From Candidatus Parcubacteria bacterium (lineage in GTDB: Bacteria; Patescibacteriota; Minisyncoccia; Minisyncoccales; JAGMAB01): a DNA stretch of 64,000 nucleotides. A program made the position numbers and the translations under genes. The DNA lies in assembly GCA_023131055.1 (NCBI GenBank), contig JAGMAB010000001.1:1486-65485 (forward strand), in the 5' to 3' direction. Positions 18,351-27,313 of the stretch are shown one piece after another (within the stretch, counting starts at the first letter, position 1; each line of letters opens with the position of its first letter). Below the pieces are notes generated by a model, which did not search any database, was not told the DNA's origin, and saw only the letters and a list, made by a program, of their open reading frames with translations.

Positions 18351-18434
18351 TTGACCGGGTGTTTGAAATGGGGTTAAATAGGCATAGGTGGGGAATTGTG
18401 GAAAACTATGGGATAACTGCCTAAAACTGTGGAA
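18351..18434 (+). promoter_or_regulatory. dcw-cluster promoter (TTGACC-17-TTAAAT) with phased MraZ-box-like repeats
   Basis: GTGGGG (18388), GTGGAA (18398) and ATGGGA (18408) at 10-nt spacing, plus GTGGAA (18429). TGTGGAAAACTATG occurs twice. Confidence 0.5.
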
Positions 18435-18438
18435 AACT

Positions 18439-18870
18439 ATGCTTATTGGTGAATACTCATATACTATAGATGAAAAAAAACGATTAGCCATTCCTTCAAA
18501 GTTTAGGCTGTGTTTAGGTAAGAAAGCGGTAATCACCAAAGGATTGGATAATTGTCTTTTTCTTTATCCAATGAAAGAATGGGAAAAATTATCTGAAAAA
18601 TTAAGCAAGCTTCCTTTGTCTCAAGCCGACGCGCGGGGATTTGCGCGAATTATGCTTATCGGCGCAATGGATGTAAATTTAGACAACTTGGGAAGAATTT
18701 TAATTCCTGATTATTTAAAAAAATATGCCGGTTTAAACAAAAAAGTGGTTATTGCCGGAGTTCTTAATAGATTAGAAGTTTGGGATGAGAAAAAATGGCA
18801 GGAATACAAACAAAAAACAGAAGCTGGAATAGGAGATATTGCGGAACGATTAGGCGAACTCGGCGTTTAA
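18439..18870 (+). CDS. mraZ: transcriptional regulator MraZ
   Basis: MLIGEYSYTIDEKKRLAIPSKFR... shows the duplicated SpoVT/AbrB-like MraZ pattern. Precedes rsmH. Confidence 0.9.
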   Translation: MLIGEYSYTIDEKKRLAIPSKFRLCLGKKAVITKGLDNCLFLYPMKEWEKLSEKLSKLPLSQADARGFARIMLIGAMDVNLDNLGRILIPDYLKKYAGLNKKVVIAGVLNRLEVWDEKKWQEYKQKTEAGIGDIAERLGELGV

Positions 18871-18873
18871 TTT

Positions 18874-19758
18874 ATGCTTCATCAGCCAGTTTTACAAAAA
18901 GAAGTTCTTGGATATTTAGACCCCAAGACAAATGAGAATTTTATTGACTGCACAATTGGCTTGGCAGGCCATAGCAAAACTATTCTAAAAAAGAATTGTC
19001 CTAAAGGTAAAATTTTAGGAATTGAAACAGACCCTAAACTCTACAAAAAATTATTGAAATTAAATCTTAATAGATTAATCTTGGCAAACGACTCTTATCT
19101 GAATTTAGAAGAAATCGTTAAAAAAGAAAAAATTGGTTTAATATCAGGAATTTTATTTGACTTAGGCGTATCAAGCTGGCATTTTGAAAAATCTGGACGC
19201 GGATTCTCATTTCAAAAAGATGAACCGCTCATTATGCGATACGATTGGAATTCAAACGAAAAATTGACTGCTAAGGAAATTATAAACAAATGGCCAAGAC
19301 AAGAGATTGAAAGAATTTTAAGAGAATACGGAGAAGAAAAATTTAGTAAAAGAATCGCGAAAAAAATTTGCGAAACAAGAAAAACAAAACCAATAAAAAC
19401 AACTTTTGAATTAATAGAAGTTATCAAAAAAGCAGTTCCTAATTGGTATCGCCAACAAAAAATTCATCCTGCAACCCGCACTTTCCAAGCCCTAAGAATT
19501 GCAGTGAATAATGAATTAAATAATTTAGAAAAAACTTTGCCAATTGCCTTAAAAATTTTAAAACCAAAAGGGAAATTAGTTATAATCTCTTTTCATTCTG
19601 GCGAGGATAGAATTGTAAAAAAATTTTTAAGAGAAAATTACAGAAAAGGTCTATTAAAAATTTTAACAAAAAAACCGGTTAGTCCAACGAGAACAGAAAT
19701 TAAATCTAATCCTCGTTCAAGATCGGCTAAACTGCGAGCAGCAGAAAAATTATTATGA
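18874..19758 (+). CDS. rsmH: 16S rRNA (cytosine1402-N4)-methyltransferase
   Basis: HQPVL, DCTIGLAGHS, FDLGVSSWH and ISFHSGEDRIVK motifs. Confidence 0.9.
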   Translation: MLHQPVLQKEVLGYLDPKTNENFIDCTIGLAGHSKTILKKNCPKGKILGIETDPKLYKKLLKLNLNRLILANDSYLNLEEIVKKEKIGLISGILFDLGVSSWHFEKSGRGFSFQKDEPLIMRYDWNSNEKLTAKEIINKWPRQEIERILREYGEEKFSKRIAKKICETRKTKPIKTTFELIEVIKKAVPNWYRQQKIHPATRTFQALRIAVNNELNNLEKTLPIALKILKPKGKLVIISFHSGEDRIVKKFLRENYRKGLLKILTKKPVSPTRTEIKSNPRSRSAKLRAAEKLL

Positions 19759-20051
19759 CAAACATCTTAAACATTTCAAAAAATTTTTGGCTTTGTATAT
19801 TTGCTTCAATATTATTTCTTTTGCTTTTTTATGTTTTACAAGTTAACTGTTTAACTCAAGAGATTTATCTTTTGGAAAACAACGAAAATAAACTGGTTCA
19901 ACTTTTTAGCGAAAATGAAATTCTTGAAATTAATTTCTCGCGCTCCAATTCTCTGGCAAACATTGAAAACTATCTACTAGACGGAAGGTTTGAAAAAGTA
20001 AGCCAAATAAAATATATTCAAATCTTAGAAAGCGCTATAGCAACGAAATAA
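19755..20051 (+). CDS. FtsL-like small bitopic division protein
   Basis: 98 aa with a single TM, located between rsmH and ftsI. Assigned by position only. Confidence 0.45.
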   Translation: MTNILNISKNFWLCIFASILFLLLFYVLQVNCLTQEIYLLENNENKLVQLFSENEILEINFSRSNSLANIENYLLDGRFEKVSQIKYIQILESAIATK

Positions 20052-21652
20052 TGGTAATGAAGAATTTAAGAACAAATATAATTTTTTGTATTTTTATTCT
20101 TTTTTCTTTTCTGCTTTTAAGCAGGCTTTTTTATGTTCAAATTATTCAGAAGGATTTTTACAAGGCATTGGCTCAAGGTTTGTATAATTCTGATACTCAA
20201 ACAGAAAGTAAAAGAGGAGAAATTTTTTTTAAGGACAATGAACCATTGGCTATTAATAAAAATTGGCCGTTAGTTTTCGCTTGTCCGCCAAAAGTTGTTG
20301 AAAAAGAAAAAACCGCCCGGATATTAAGCGAAAAGCTCTCTTTAGACAAAAATTTTGTTTTGGAAAAACTTAAAAAAGACAGCTTATATTCATTGCTAAA
20401 AGATAAATTAAATCAGGAGGAAGCAGAGGTTTTAAAAAACCTAAACCTGCCAGGTATTTATTCCACTGCCACGCAAGGCCGATATTATCCACAGGACTCT
20501 CTTGCGTCACAGACAATTGGATTTTTAGGAGCTGACAACAATGGACAATACGGCTTGGAAGAATATTATAATGATGTTTTAGAAAATTCCGACATTGTTT
20601 TAACATTGGATTATAAAGTTCAGTTTATGGCTGAAAAATTATTAAGTCAGGCAAAAGAAAATCTTGATATTGAAGCAGGGCAAATTATAGTAATAGAGCC
20701 GGTTTCCGGCAAAATAGTCGCTTTAGCTAATTTTCCTAATTTTAACCCTAATCAATATAATAAATACGCGCAGCAAGGAAACCTGAATATCTTTCAAAAT
20801 AGCAATACCCAAAAACTTTTTGAACCCGGCTCGGTTTTCAAGCCAATCACTTTTGCCGCCGCGCTAAACGAAGAAAAAATTACTCCTTTAACTACTTATA
20901 TTGATAAAGGAGTAGTGAAAATTGGCGGTTGGCCTATTTATAATTATGAGAAAAAAGTTTATCCCGGCGCAATAACCATGACAGAGGTCTTGGAAAAATC
21001 AATTAATACAGGAGCCGTATTTGTTGAAAAAAAACTTTCACATAATATGTTTCTTGATTATGTTGATAGATTTGGCATTTTTGAAGCGACTGGAATTGAT
21101 TTGAGTGAGACATATTCTGAAAATGAAGAATTTAAAAAGGGTTATGAAATAAATTTTGCCACTGCTTCTTTTGGCCAGGGAATTATGATGACCCCGATTC
21201 AACTAATTAGGGCTTACTGCGCTATTGCCAATGGCGGAGAATTAGTAAAACCGTATCTTGTGGAAGATGTTGGGGTCAGACCCCAACATTCCCAAGTTAT
21301 CTCTTCAAAAACTTCTCGCCAACTCACAACTATGTTAATCAGCGTAGTGGATAATGGTTTTGCCAAGACAGCCCAAGTTCCCGGCTATTATATCGCGGGT
21401 AAAACTGGAACCGCGCAAGTGGCATTTTCCGCTTTGGGAATTGACAAACGAGGCTATTCTGAAAAAACTATTCAGACATTTGTCGGCTGGGTTGGCGGCT
21501 TTAATCCTGATTTTTTAATTTTAGTAAAACTTGACAATCCAAAGACAAAAACTGCCGAGTATTCCGCGGTGCCTGTTTTCCACGACTTAGTTGAATACAT
21601 TATTCATTATTATCAAATTCCGCCTGACAGAGAACAGAATGAAACACCTTGA
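20051..21652 (+). CDS. ftsI: penicillin-binding protein 2/3 (transpeptidase, FtsI-like)
   Basis: N-terminal TM, then SVFK (SxxK), SIN (SxN) and KTGT motifs. Confidence 0.85.
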   Translation: MVMKNLRTNIIFCIFILFSFLLLSRLFYVQIIQKDFYKALAQGLYNSDTQTESKRGEIFFKDNEPLAINKNWPLVFACPPKVVEKEKTARILSEKLSLDKNFVLEKLKKDSLYSLLKDKLNQEEAEVLKNLNLPGIYSTATQGRYYPQDSLASQTIGFLGADNNGQYGLEEYYNDVLENSDIVLTLDYKVQFMAEKLLSQAKENLDIEAGQIIVIEPVSGKIVALANFPNFNPNQYNKYAQQGNLNIFQNSNTQKLFEPGSVFKPITFAAALNEEKITPLTTYIDKGVVKIGGWPIYNYEKKVYPGAITMTEVLEKSINTGAVFVEKKLSHNMFLDYVDRFGIFEATGIDLSETYSENEEFKKGYEINFATASFGQGIMMTPIQLIRAYCAIANGGELVKPYLVEDVGVRPQHSQVISSKTSRQLTTMLISVVDNGFAKTAQVPGYYIAGKTGTAQVAFSALGIDKRGYSEKTIQTFVGWVGGFNPDFLILVKLDNPKTKTAEYSAVPVFHDLVEYIIHYYQIPPDREQNETP

Positions 21653-21689
21653 AAAAATCTCTTAATTTGATAAGATTTAGTTATTGACT

Positions 21690-21762
21690 GCCCTCATCGT
21701 CTAGTGGCTCAGGACATCAGATTCTCATTCTGATAACACCGGTTCGACTCCGGTTGAGGGCG
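21690..21762 (+). tRNA. tRNA-Glu (anticodon CTC)
   Basis: Acceptor GCCCTCA/TGAGGGC, anticodon stem TCAGA/TCTGA with loop TTCTCAT, T-arm ACCGG-TTCGACT-CCGGT. Ends 2 nt before the next ATG. Confidence 0.9.
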
Positions 21763-21764
21763 CT

Positions 21765-24350
21765 ATGGCTAAAGTTTTCTGGCATAATTTAAACGGGAGC
21801 GAAGTTGTTAAATTATTGAAAAGTAATGAAAAAAACGGCTTAAGCGAAAAACAAGCAAGAATTCGCAGAAAAGAATTTGGCAGAAATTTACTTCCCCAGA
21901 AAAAACCTTTGTCTTCTCTAAAGATATTTTTAGACCAGCTTCGCAGCCCTTTAATTTATATTTTAATAATTGCCGGAATCATCACTTTGATTTTAGGCGA
22001 ACTCACCGACACCGCTGTTATTTTTGGAGCGGTTTTTATTAATACTATTGTTGGTTATTTTCAGGAAAACAAAGCGTCTAACGCGTTAAAAGAACTTAGG
22101 AAAGTAGTAAAACAAGAGGCGCAGGTAATAAGAAATGGAAACGAAAAAATTATTGATTCTTCGGAATTATTACCCGGAGATATTTTTAAATTAAAAGCCG
22201 GGGACAAAGCGCCGGCTGACGGCAGGATTTTAGAAACGCATAATTTAAAAATCAATGAAATGGCTTTAACCGGCGAATGGCTGCCCGCGGAAAAACATTC
22301 AGACATTATTAAAACAGAGACGCAAATGGCTGACCGGGACAATATGGTTTATATGGGCACAATTGTCGCGGCTGGAACAGGGAAAATAATAGCTACTGAA
22401 ACAGGAAAAGAAACAGAAATCGGCAAAGTGGCAAAAATGGTAAAAGAAATTAAAGAAGAAAAAACGCCTCTGCAAAAGAAATTAGCTAATCTCAGTAAAA
22501 TTATCGGAGGAGTTGTGGCAATTATTTGTATTTTTATTTTTATTGAAGGGATAGTCACAGGCAATACTTTTTTGGAAATGTTCACCACTTCAGTAGCAAT
22601 AGCCGTGGCGTCTATTCCAGAGGGATTGCCGGTTTGCCTCACAATAATATTATCTTTGGGAATGCAGAGAATTTTGAAAAAAAAGGGATTGGTCAGAAAA
22701 TTGCTGGCAGCGGAAACATTAGGCGCGTGTTCAGTCATATGTTCTGACAAGACGGCAACTCTCACTCAAGGAAAAATTAGAGTAACCAAAGTATTAGCCA
22801 AAAACAATGAGAACAAAAAATTAGCTCCTAAAATTGCTATATTGTGCAATGAAGCGTTTGTTGAAAATCCATCTGCGACGAAAGATAAATGGAAATTAAG
22901 GGGAAGGCCAACTGACAAAGCATTGCTTTATTTTGGATTAGAACAAGGTCTATCCCGAAAAAAATTGGAAAAAGAAATGCCTAAAATTGATGAACTGCCT
23001 TTTGACAATGAAAAAAAGTTTTTAGCCACTCTTCATCAATTAAATAATAAAAACATTGTTTTTGTTTGCGGGGCTCCGGAAATAATTTTGGAAAAATCAA
23101 AACTAAACAATAAAGAAAGAAAAAAATGGGAACAGGAATTAGAAAAAATGGCTTGTAAAGGACTCCGTATCATTGCTCTTGCCGCGCGCGTAACAAAACA
23201 ACAAAAAATTTCTGACCAGGACATTCAAAATTTAGATTTCATCGCGCTGCTGGGACTTTCCGACCCATTAAGAAAAGAAGTAAAAAAGGCGATTACAATT
23301 TGCAAGCAGGCAGGAATAAAACCTATTATAGTTACCGGCGACCATAAATTAACCGCTAAAGCCATAGCCGACGAGATCGGCTTAAAAACAAAAAAAGAAA
23401 ATATTATTGAAGGAAAGGATTTAGACAAACTTTCAGACCAGGAATTTCAAGAACGGTTAAAAGATATTAATGTCTACGCCCGCGTGGAACCAAAACACAA
23501 AATGAGAATAATTTCCGCGTGGCAGGAAAAAGGAGAAGTTGTCGCAATGACAGGCGACGGAATCAATGACGCGCCTGCTTTGAAACGCGCAGATATTGGC
23601 GTTGCCTTGGGTTCCGGGACAGACATAGCCAAAGAGGTTTCGGATTTAATTCTTTTGCCTGATAATTTTAATATTATCGTTGCCGCGATAGAAGAAGGAA
23701 GGGCGATTATGGATAATGTCAGAAAAGTAATTACTTATTTGCTTGCAGACAGTTTTTCCGAAGTGATATTGGTGAGCGGCGCTTTATTAGCCGGGTTTCC
23801 CTTGCCGATTTTGCCTGCCCAGATTTTGTGGATAAACTTGGTGGAAGACGGCCTGCCGGATATTGCCTTGGCTTTTGAGCCAAAAGAAAAGAACTTAATG
23901 AAAGAAAAAGTTAAAAAGAGAAAAGCGCCTTTATTAACCAAGGAGATGAAAACAATAATTTTTATTATCGGCTTAATTACCGATTTAATACTCTTGGGTT
24001 TGTTTTTCTGGCTATGGAAACAAAATCATGACATTACTTATATTAGGACAATGATTTTCGCGTGCCTTACCATAGATTCGCTTTTCTATGTTTTTTCCTG
24101 TAAAAGCTTAAAACGAAATTTATGGCATATAAATCCTTTTTCAAATAAATTTTTGGTCATTGCATGGGTAATTGGAATAATAATGCTTGTTCTGGCTGTT
24201 TACAGCCCGGTTCTTCAGACATTTTTAAAAACAACGCCTCTTGGTTTTGCCGACTGGTTAATTATATTTGCCTTGGGTATAATAGAATTAATTTTAATTG
24301 AAGCGGTAAAATGGCATTTTATAACCAAGAAAGAATCTAAATCTCTATGA
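21765..24350 (+). CDS. P-type cation-transporting ATPase (type II, Ca2+-ATPase-like)
   Basis: TGEW, PEGLP, CSDKTATLT (phosphorylation site, G to A variant), TGDH and MTGDGINDAPAL motifs. 861 aa. Confidence 0.9.
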   Translation: MAKVFWHNLNGSEVVKLLKSNEKNGLSEKQARIRRKEFGRNLLPQKKPLSSLKIFLDQLRSPLIYILIIAGIITLILGELTDTAVIFGAVFINTIVGYFQENKASNALKELRKVVKQEAQVIRNGNEKIIDSSELLPGDIFKLKAGDKAPADGRILETHNLKINEMALTGEWLPAEKHSDIIKTETQMADRDNMVYMGTIVAAGTGKIIATETGKETEIGKVAKMVKEIKEEKTPLQKKLANLSKIIGGVVAIICIFIFIEGIVTGNTFLEMFTTSVAIAVASIPEGLPVCLTIILSLGMQRILKKKGLVRKLLAAETLGACSVICSDKTATLTQGKIRVTKVLAKNNENKKLAPKIAILCNEAFVENPSATKDKWKLRGRPTDKALLYFGLEQGLSRKKLEKEMPKIDELPFDNEKKFLATLHQLNNKNIVFVCGAPEIILEKSKLNNKERKKWEQELEKMACKGLRIIALAARVTKQQKISDQDIQNLDFIALLGLSDPLRKEVKKAITICKQAGIKPIIVTGDHKLTAKAIADEIGLKTKKENIIEGKDLDKLSDQEFQERLKDINVYARVEPKHKMRIISAWQEKGEVVAMTGDGINDAPALKRADIGVALGSGTDIAKEVSDLILLPDNFNIIVAAIEEGRAIMDNVRKVITYLLADSFSEVILVSGALLAGFPLPILPAQILWINLVEDGLPDIALAFEPKEKNLMKEKVKKRKAPLLTKEMKTIIFIIGLITDLILLGLFFWLWKQNHDITYIRTMIFACLTIDSLFYVFSCKSLKRNLWHINPFSNKFLVIAWVIGIIMLVLAVYSPVLQTFLKTTPLGFADWLIIFALGIIELILIEAVKWHFITKKESKSL

Positions 24351-25300
24351 TTTTTCACATTTTTATTTTTATTGTTTCCTGTATTTTGCTTTTTATATCT
24401 TGCAACTGGCTGATTAGCTCATTGTTAAGAATGGCTAAATTTTTGGGCTGGCGGGAATTTGTCGTTGCTTTTTTTATTATGGCCATAGCCGGAACAATAC
24501 CTAATCTTTTCGTCGGCATTTCCTCGGCTATACATAATGTTCCACAGATTTCTTTGGGCGATATTGTCGGCGGCAACCTGATTGATTTAACCTTAGTAGC
24601 CGCGCTAGCCGCTATATTTGCCGGCGCCCTACCTGCAAAAAGCAAGATGATTCAAACATCGGCAATTTTTACAATAGTCGTTGCCGTCTTGCCAATGCTT
24701 TTAATTTTAGACGGAGTATTGGGCAGGGGAGACGGAATAGTTTTAATTTTATGTTTCTTTCTTTATGTTTATTGGCTTTTTTCCAAAAAAGAAAGATTTA
24801 CCAAAATTTATAACAATCAAGAAATGGCGCCCGCGCAGGAAATTTCAAGTTTTTTTAAGGACTTAGGGAAAATAATTTTATCAATGATTATATTATTGCT
24901 CGCGGCGGAAGGGGTTGTTAACGCGGCTTCATTTTTTGCAGGGAATTTTAACTTATCATTGGGTTTAGTTGGAATTTTATTCGTGAGTTTTGGCAATGCT
25001 CTGCCGGAAATCTATTTTACCATTGCCTTGGCAAGAAAAGGCAAAAACTGGATGATTTTGGGAAACTTAATGGGTTCAATTATTATACCGGTTACTTTGG
25101 TCTTGGGAATTGTGGCATTAATTTGTCCAATTCAAATAATTCACTTTTCTCCTTTTGCCATTGGCAGGTTTTTCCTTATAATCGCGGCTATGTTTTTTCT
25201 TATGTTTATCAGAACTGACAGGCAAATTACCAGAAAAGAAGCGCTTTTTCTTCTCGCATTTTACATACTTTTCATAATCTCTGAATTGCAATTCGGGTAA
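24347..25300 (+). CDS. Ca2+/Na+ antiporter (CaCA/YrbG family)
   Basis: About ten TM segments with alpha-repeat motifs GNALPE and GDIVGGNLIDL. 4-nt overlap with the ATPase gene. Confidence 0.8.
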   Translation: MIFHIFIFIVSCILLFISCNWLISSLLRMAKFLGWREFVVAFFIMAIAGTIPNLFVGISSAIHNVPQISLGDIVGGNLIDLTLVAALAAIFAGALPAKSKMIQTSAIFTIVVAVLPMLLILDGVLGRGDGIVLILCFFLYVYWLFSKKERFTKIYNNQEMAPAQEISSFFKDLGKIILSMIILLLAAEGVVNAASFFAGNFNLSLGLVGILFVSFGNALPEIYFTIALARKGKNWMILGNLMGSIIIPVTLVLGIVALICPIQIIHFSPFAIGRFFLIIAAMFFLMFIRTDRQITRKEALFLLAFYILFIISELQFG

Positions 25301-25338
25301 AAATTGACCAAAACCAAAAAAAATGTTAAGCTGATTTA

Positions 25339-26367
25339 ATGGAAGGATTAGTAATTTTACTTTTGGTTTTGGTTGTTATAGGCATAGGAATGATAATTTT
25401 TTTATTGTTAAGAAAAAAGCCGGAAAAAGAAGATAATTCTTTAATGATGCTTCAACAGCAGATAAGCCAAATCAATCAAATTCTTGATAATAAATTATCT
25501 GAATCAACAAAGGTAATACAAACTCAATTCAGCCAAAGCGCTAAGATTATTCAGGATGTTACCGAGAAATTAACCAAATTAGACAATACCAATAAACAAG
25601 TAGTAAGTTTTGCCGAACAGCTGCAATCTTTGGAAAACATTTTAAAAAATCCCAAACAACGAGGGATTTTAGGAGAGTATTTTCTGGAAGAGTTGTTAAA
25701 AAATGTTTTAAGCCCGAATCAATATCAGATGCAGTATGAATTCAAAGACAAAAAAGCGGTAGACGCGGTAATTTTTGTAAAGGATAAAATTATTCCAATT
25801 GATTCAAAGTTTTCTCTTGAAAATTATAACAGAATTATTGAAGAAAACGATCCAATCAGGCGGGAACAATTAGAAAAAGCGTTTAAGCAGGATTTGAAAA
25901 ACAGGATTGACGAAACATCCAAATACATCAGACCTAATGAAAATACTCTTGAATTCGCTTTTATGTTTATTCCCGCGGAAGCGGTTTATTATGATTTGTT
26001 AGTTAATAAAATCGGAGCAGTCAAGGTTAATACACGGGATTTAATTGATTACGCTGTGAGAGAAAAGCATGTCCATATTGTTTCACCCACTTCTTTTTAC
26101 GCTTATTTGCAAACAATTTTACAGGGCTTGCGCGCCATGCAGATTGAAGAATCAGCCAAGGAAATCCGCAAAAGAGTAGAGATATTGGCGCGACATTTGA
26201 TAAGTTATGAAGAATATCTTAAAAAACTCGGAAATAATCTTGGCACAACAGTAAATATGTATAATAATACTTACAAGGAATTTGCTAAAATTGATAAAGA
26301 TGTGGTAAAAATCACTGAAGGGGAAAGAACAATTGAACCGTTACAATTAGAAAAACCAGAGCAATAA
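25339..26367 (+). CDS. rmuC: DNA recombination protein RmuC
   Basis: N-terminal TM, coiled-coil, and C-terminal RmuC nuclease-like region (VIFVKDKIIPIDSKF, FMFIPAEAVY). Confidence 0.8.
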   Translation: MEGLVILLLVLVVIGIGMIIFLLLRKKPEKEDNSLMMLQQQISQINQILDNKLSESTKVIQTQFSQSAKIIQDVTEKLTKLDNTNKQVVSFAEQLQSLENILKNPKQRGILGEYFLEELLKNVLSPNQYQMQYEFKDKKAVDAVIFVKDKIIPIDSKFSLENYNRIIEENDPIRREQLEKAFKQDLKNRIDETSKYIRPNENTLEFAFMFIPAEAVYYDLLVNKIGAVKVNTRDLIDYAVREKHVHIVSPTSFYAYLQTILQGLRAMQIEESAKEIRKRVEILARHLISYEEYLKKLGNNLGTTVNMYNNTYKEFAKIDKDVVKITEGERTIEPLQLEKPEQ

Positions 26368-26369
26368 AT

Positions 26370-26687
26370 ATGTTTGCAGTAATTAAAACCGGGGGCAAGC
26401 AATATCTTGTTTCGCCCGGAGACAAAATTAAAATTGAGAAACTGGCTCTTGAAGAAGGAAAAGAGACAACCTTTAAGGAGGTTTTATTATTGGAAAAAAA
26501 CAAGAAACTTGAAATCGGAACTCCGCTTGTTAAAGGAGCAAAAGTTCTCGCTAAAATTTTAAAACAGGACAAAGCGAAAAAAGTAATTGTTTTCAAATAC
26601 AAAGCGAAAAAAAGATACAAAGTAAAAAAAGGCCACCGCCAGACCTTCACAGAAGTAGAAATATTGAAAATTGAAACAAAAGAATAA
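26370..26687 (+). CDS. rplU: 50S ribosomal protein L21
   Basis: MFAVIKTGGKQYLVSPGDKIKIEKL... and KKGHRQTFTEVEI match L21. Confidence 0.9.
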   Translation: MFAVIKTGGKQYLVSPGDKIKIEKLALEEGKETTFKEVLLLEKNKKLEIGTPLVKGAKVLAKILKQDKAKKVIVFKYKAKKRYKVKKGHRQTFTEVEILKIETKE

Positions 26688-27311
26688 TTATCTTCGGTTT
26701 TCTAAGGCGGAAGATAATGTTTCCTGATTAGCGTATTCTAATTCGCTGCTAATTGGCAACCCTTGCCCCAAGCGGGTGATTTTTATTGGTTCGGCAGGCT
26801 CACCACAAGTCAACGGCTTTAACAGCCGTTCCAAATATAAAGCGGTTGCTTGGCCTTCAGCAGTAAAATTATTAGCAAGAATAATTTCCTGAAAATTGCT
26901 CTTTTTTATTCTTTCAACAAGCTGTTCAGCTCTTATTTTTTTTATTGTTTCTTTTTTAAGATTTGAAATTGTTCCGCCTAAAATGAAATACAAACCTTTG
27001 TATTTCATTGTCTTTTCAAGCGCGTATAAGTCAGTTTCCGTTTCAACAACGCAAAGCAGATTCCTATCCCGCATTTTATTTCGGCATATTGCGCAAAGAT
27101 TTTCTCCCGCGTCTGTTGATTCAAAAACATTAAAGCAAAAAGAGCAGGTTTTTATTGTCTTTTTCAAATTAGAAATAGAATCCAAAAGTTCTTTTATTTC
27201 CTGCTCTGAAAGCCGCATTAAATAAAAAACAAAACGGACGGCAGTACGCGGTCCGATTGTCGGAAAGCGGGAAAATAAATTAACAAGTTTTTGTATGGAA
27301 GGCAAAAACAT
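26688..27311 (-). CDS. recR: recombination protein RecR
   Basis: IQKLVNLFSRFPTIGPRTAVRF (HhH), C4 zinc finger (CSFC...CAIC) and Toprim region. Confidence 0.9.
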   Translation of the reverse strand: MFLPSIQKLVNLFSRFPTIGPRTAVRFVFYLMRLSEQEIKELLDSISNLKKTIKTCSFCFNVFESTDAGENLCAICRNKMRDRNLLCVVETETDLYALEKTMKYKGLYFILGGTISNLKKETIKKIRAEQLVERIKKSNFQEIILANNFTAEGQATALYLERLLKPLTCGEPAEPIKITRLGQGLPISSELEYANQETLSSALENRR

Positions 27312-27313
27312 AA

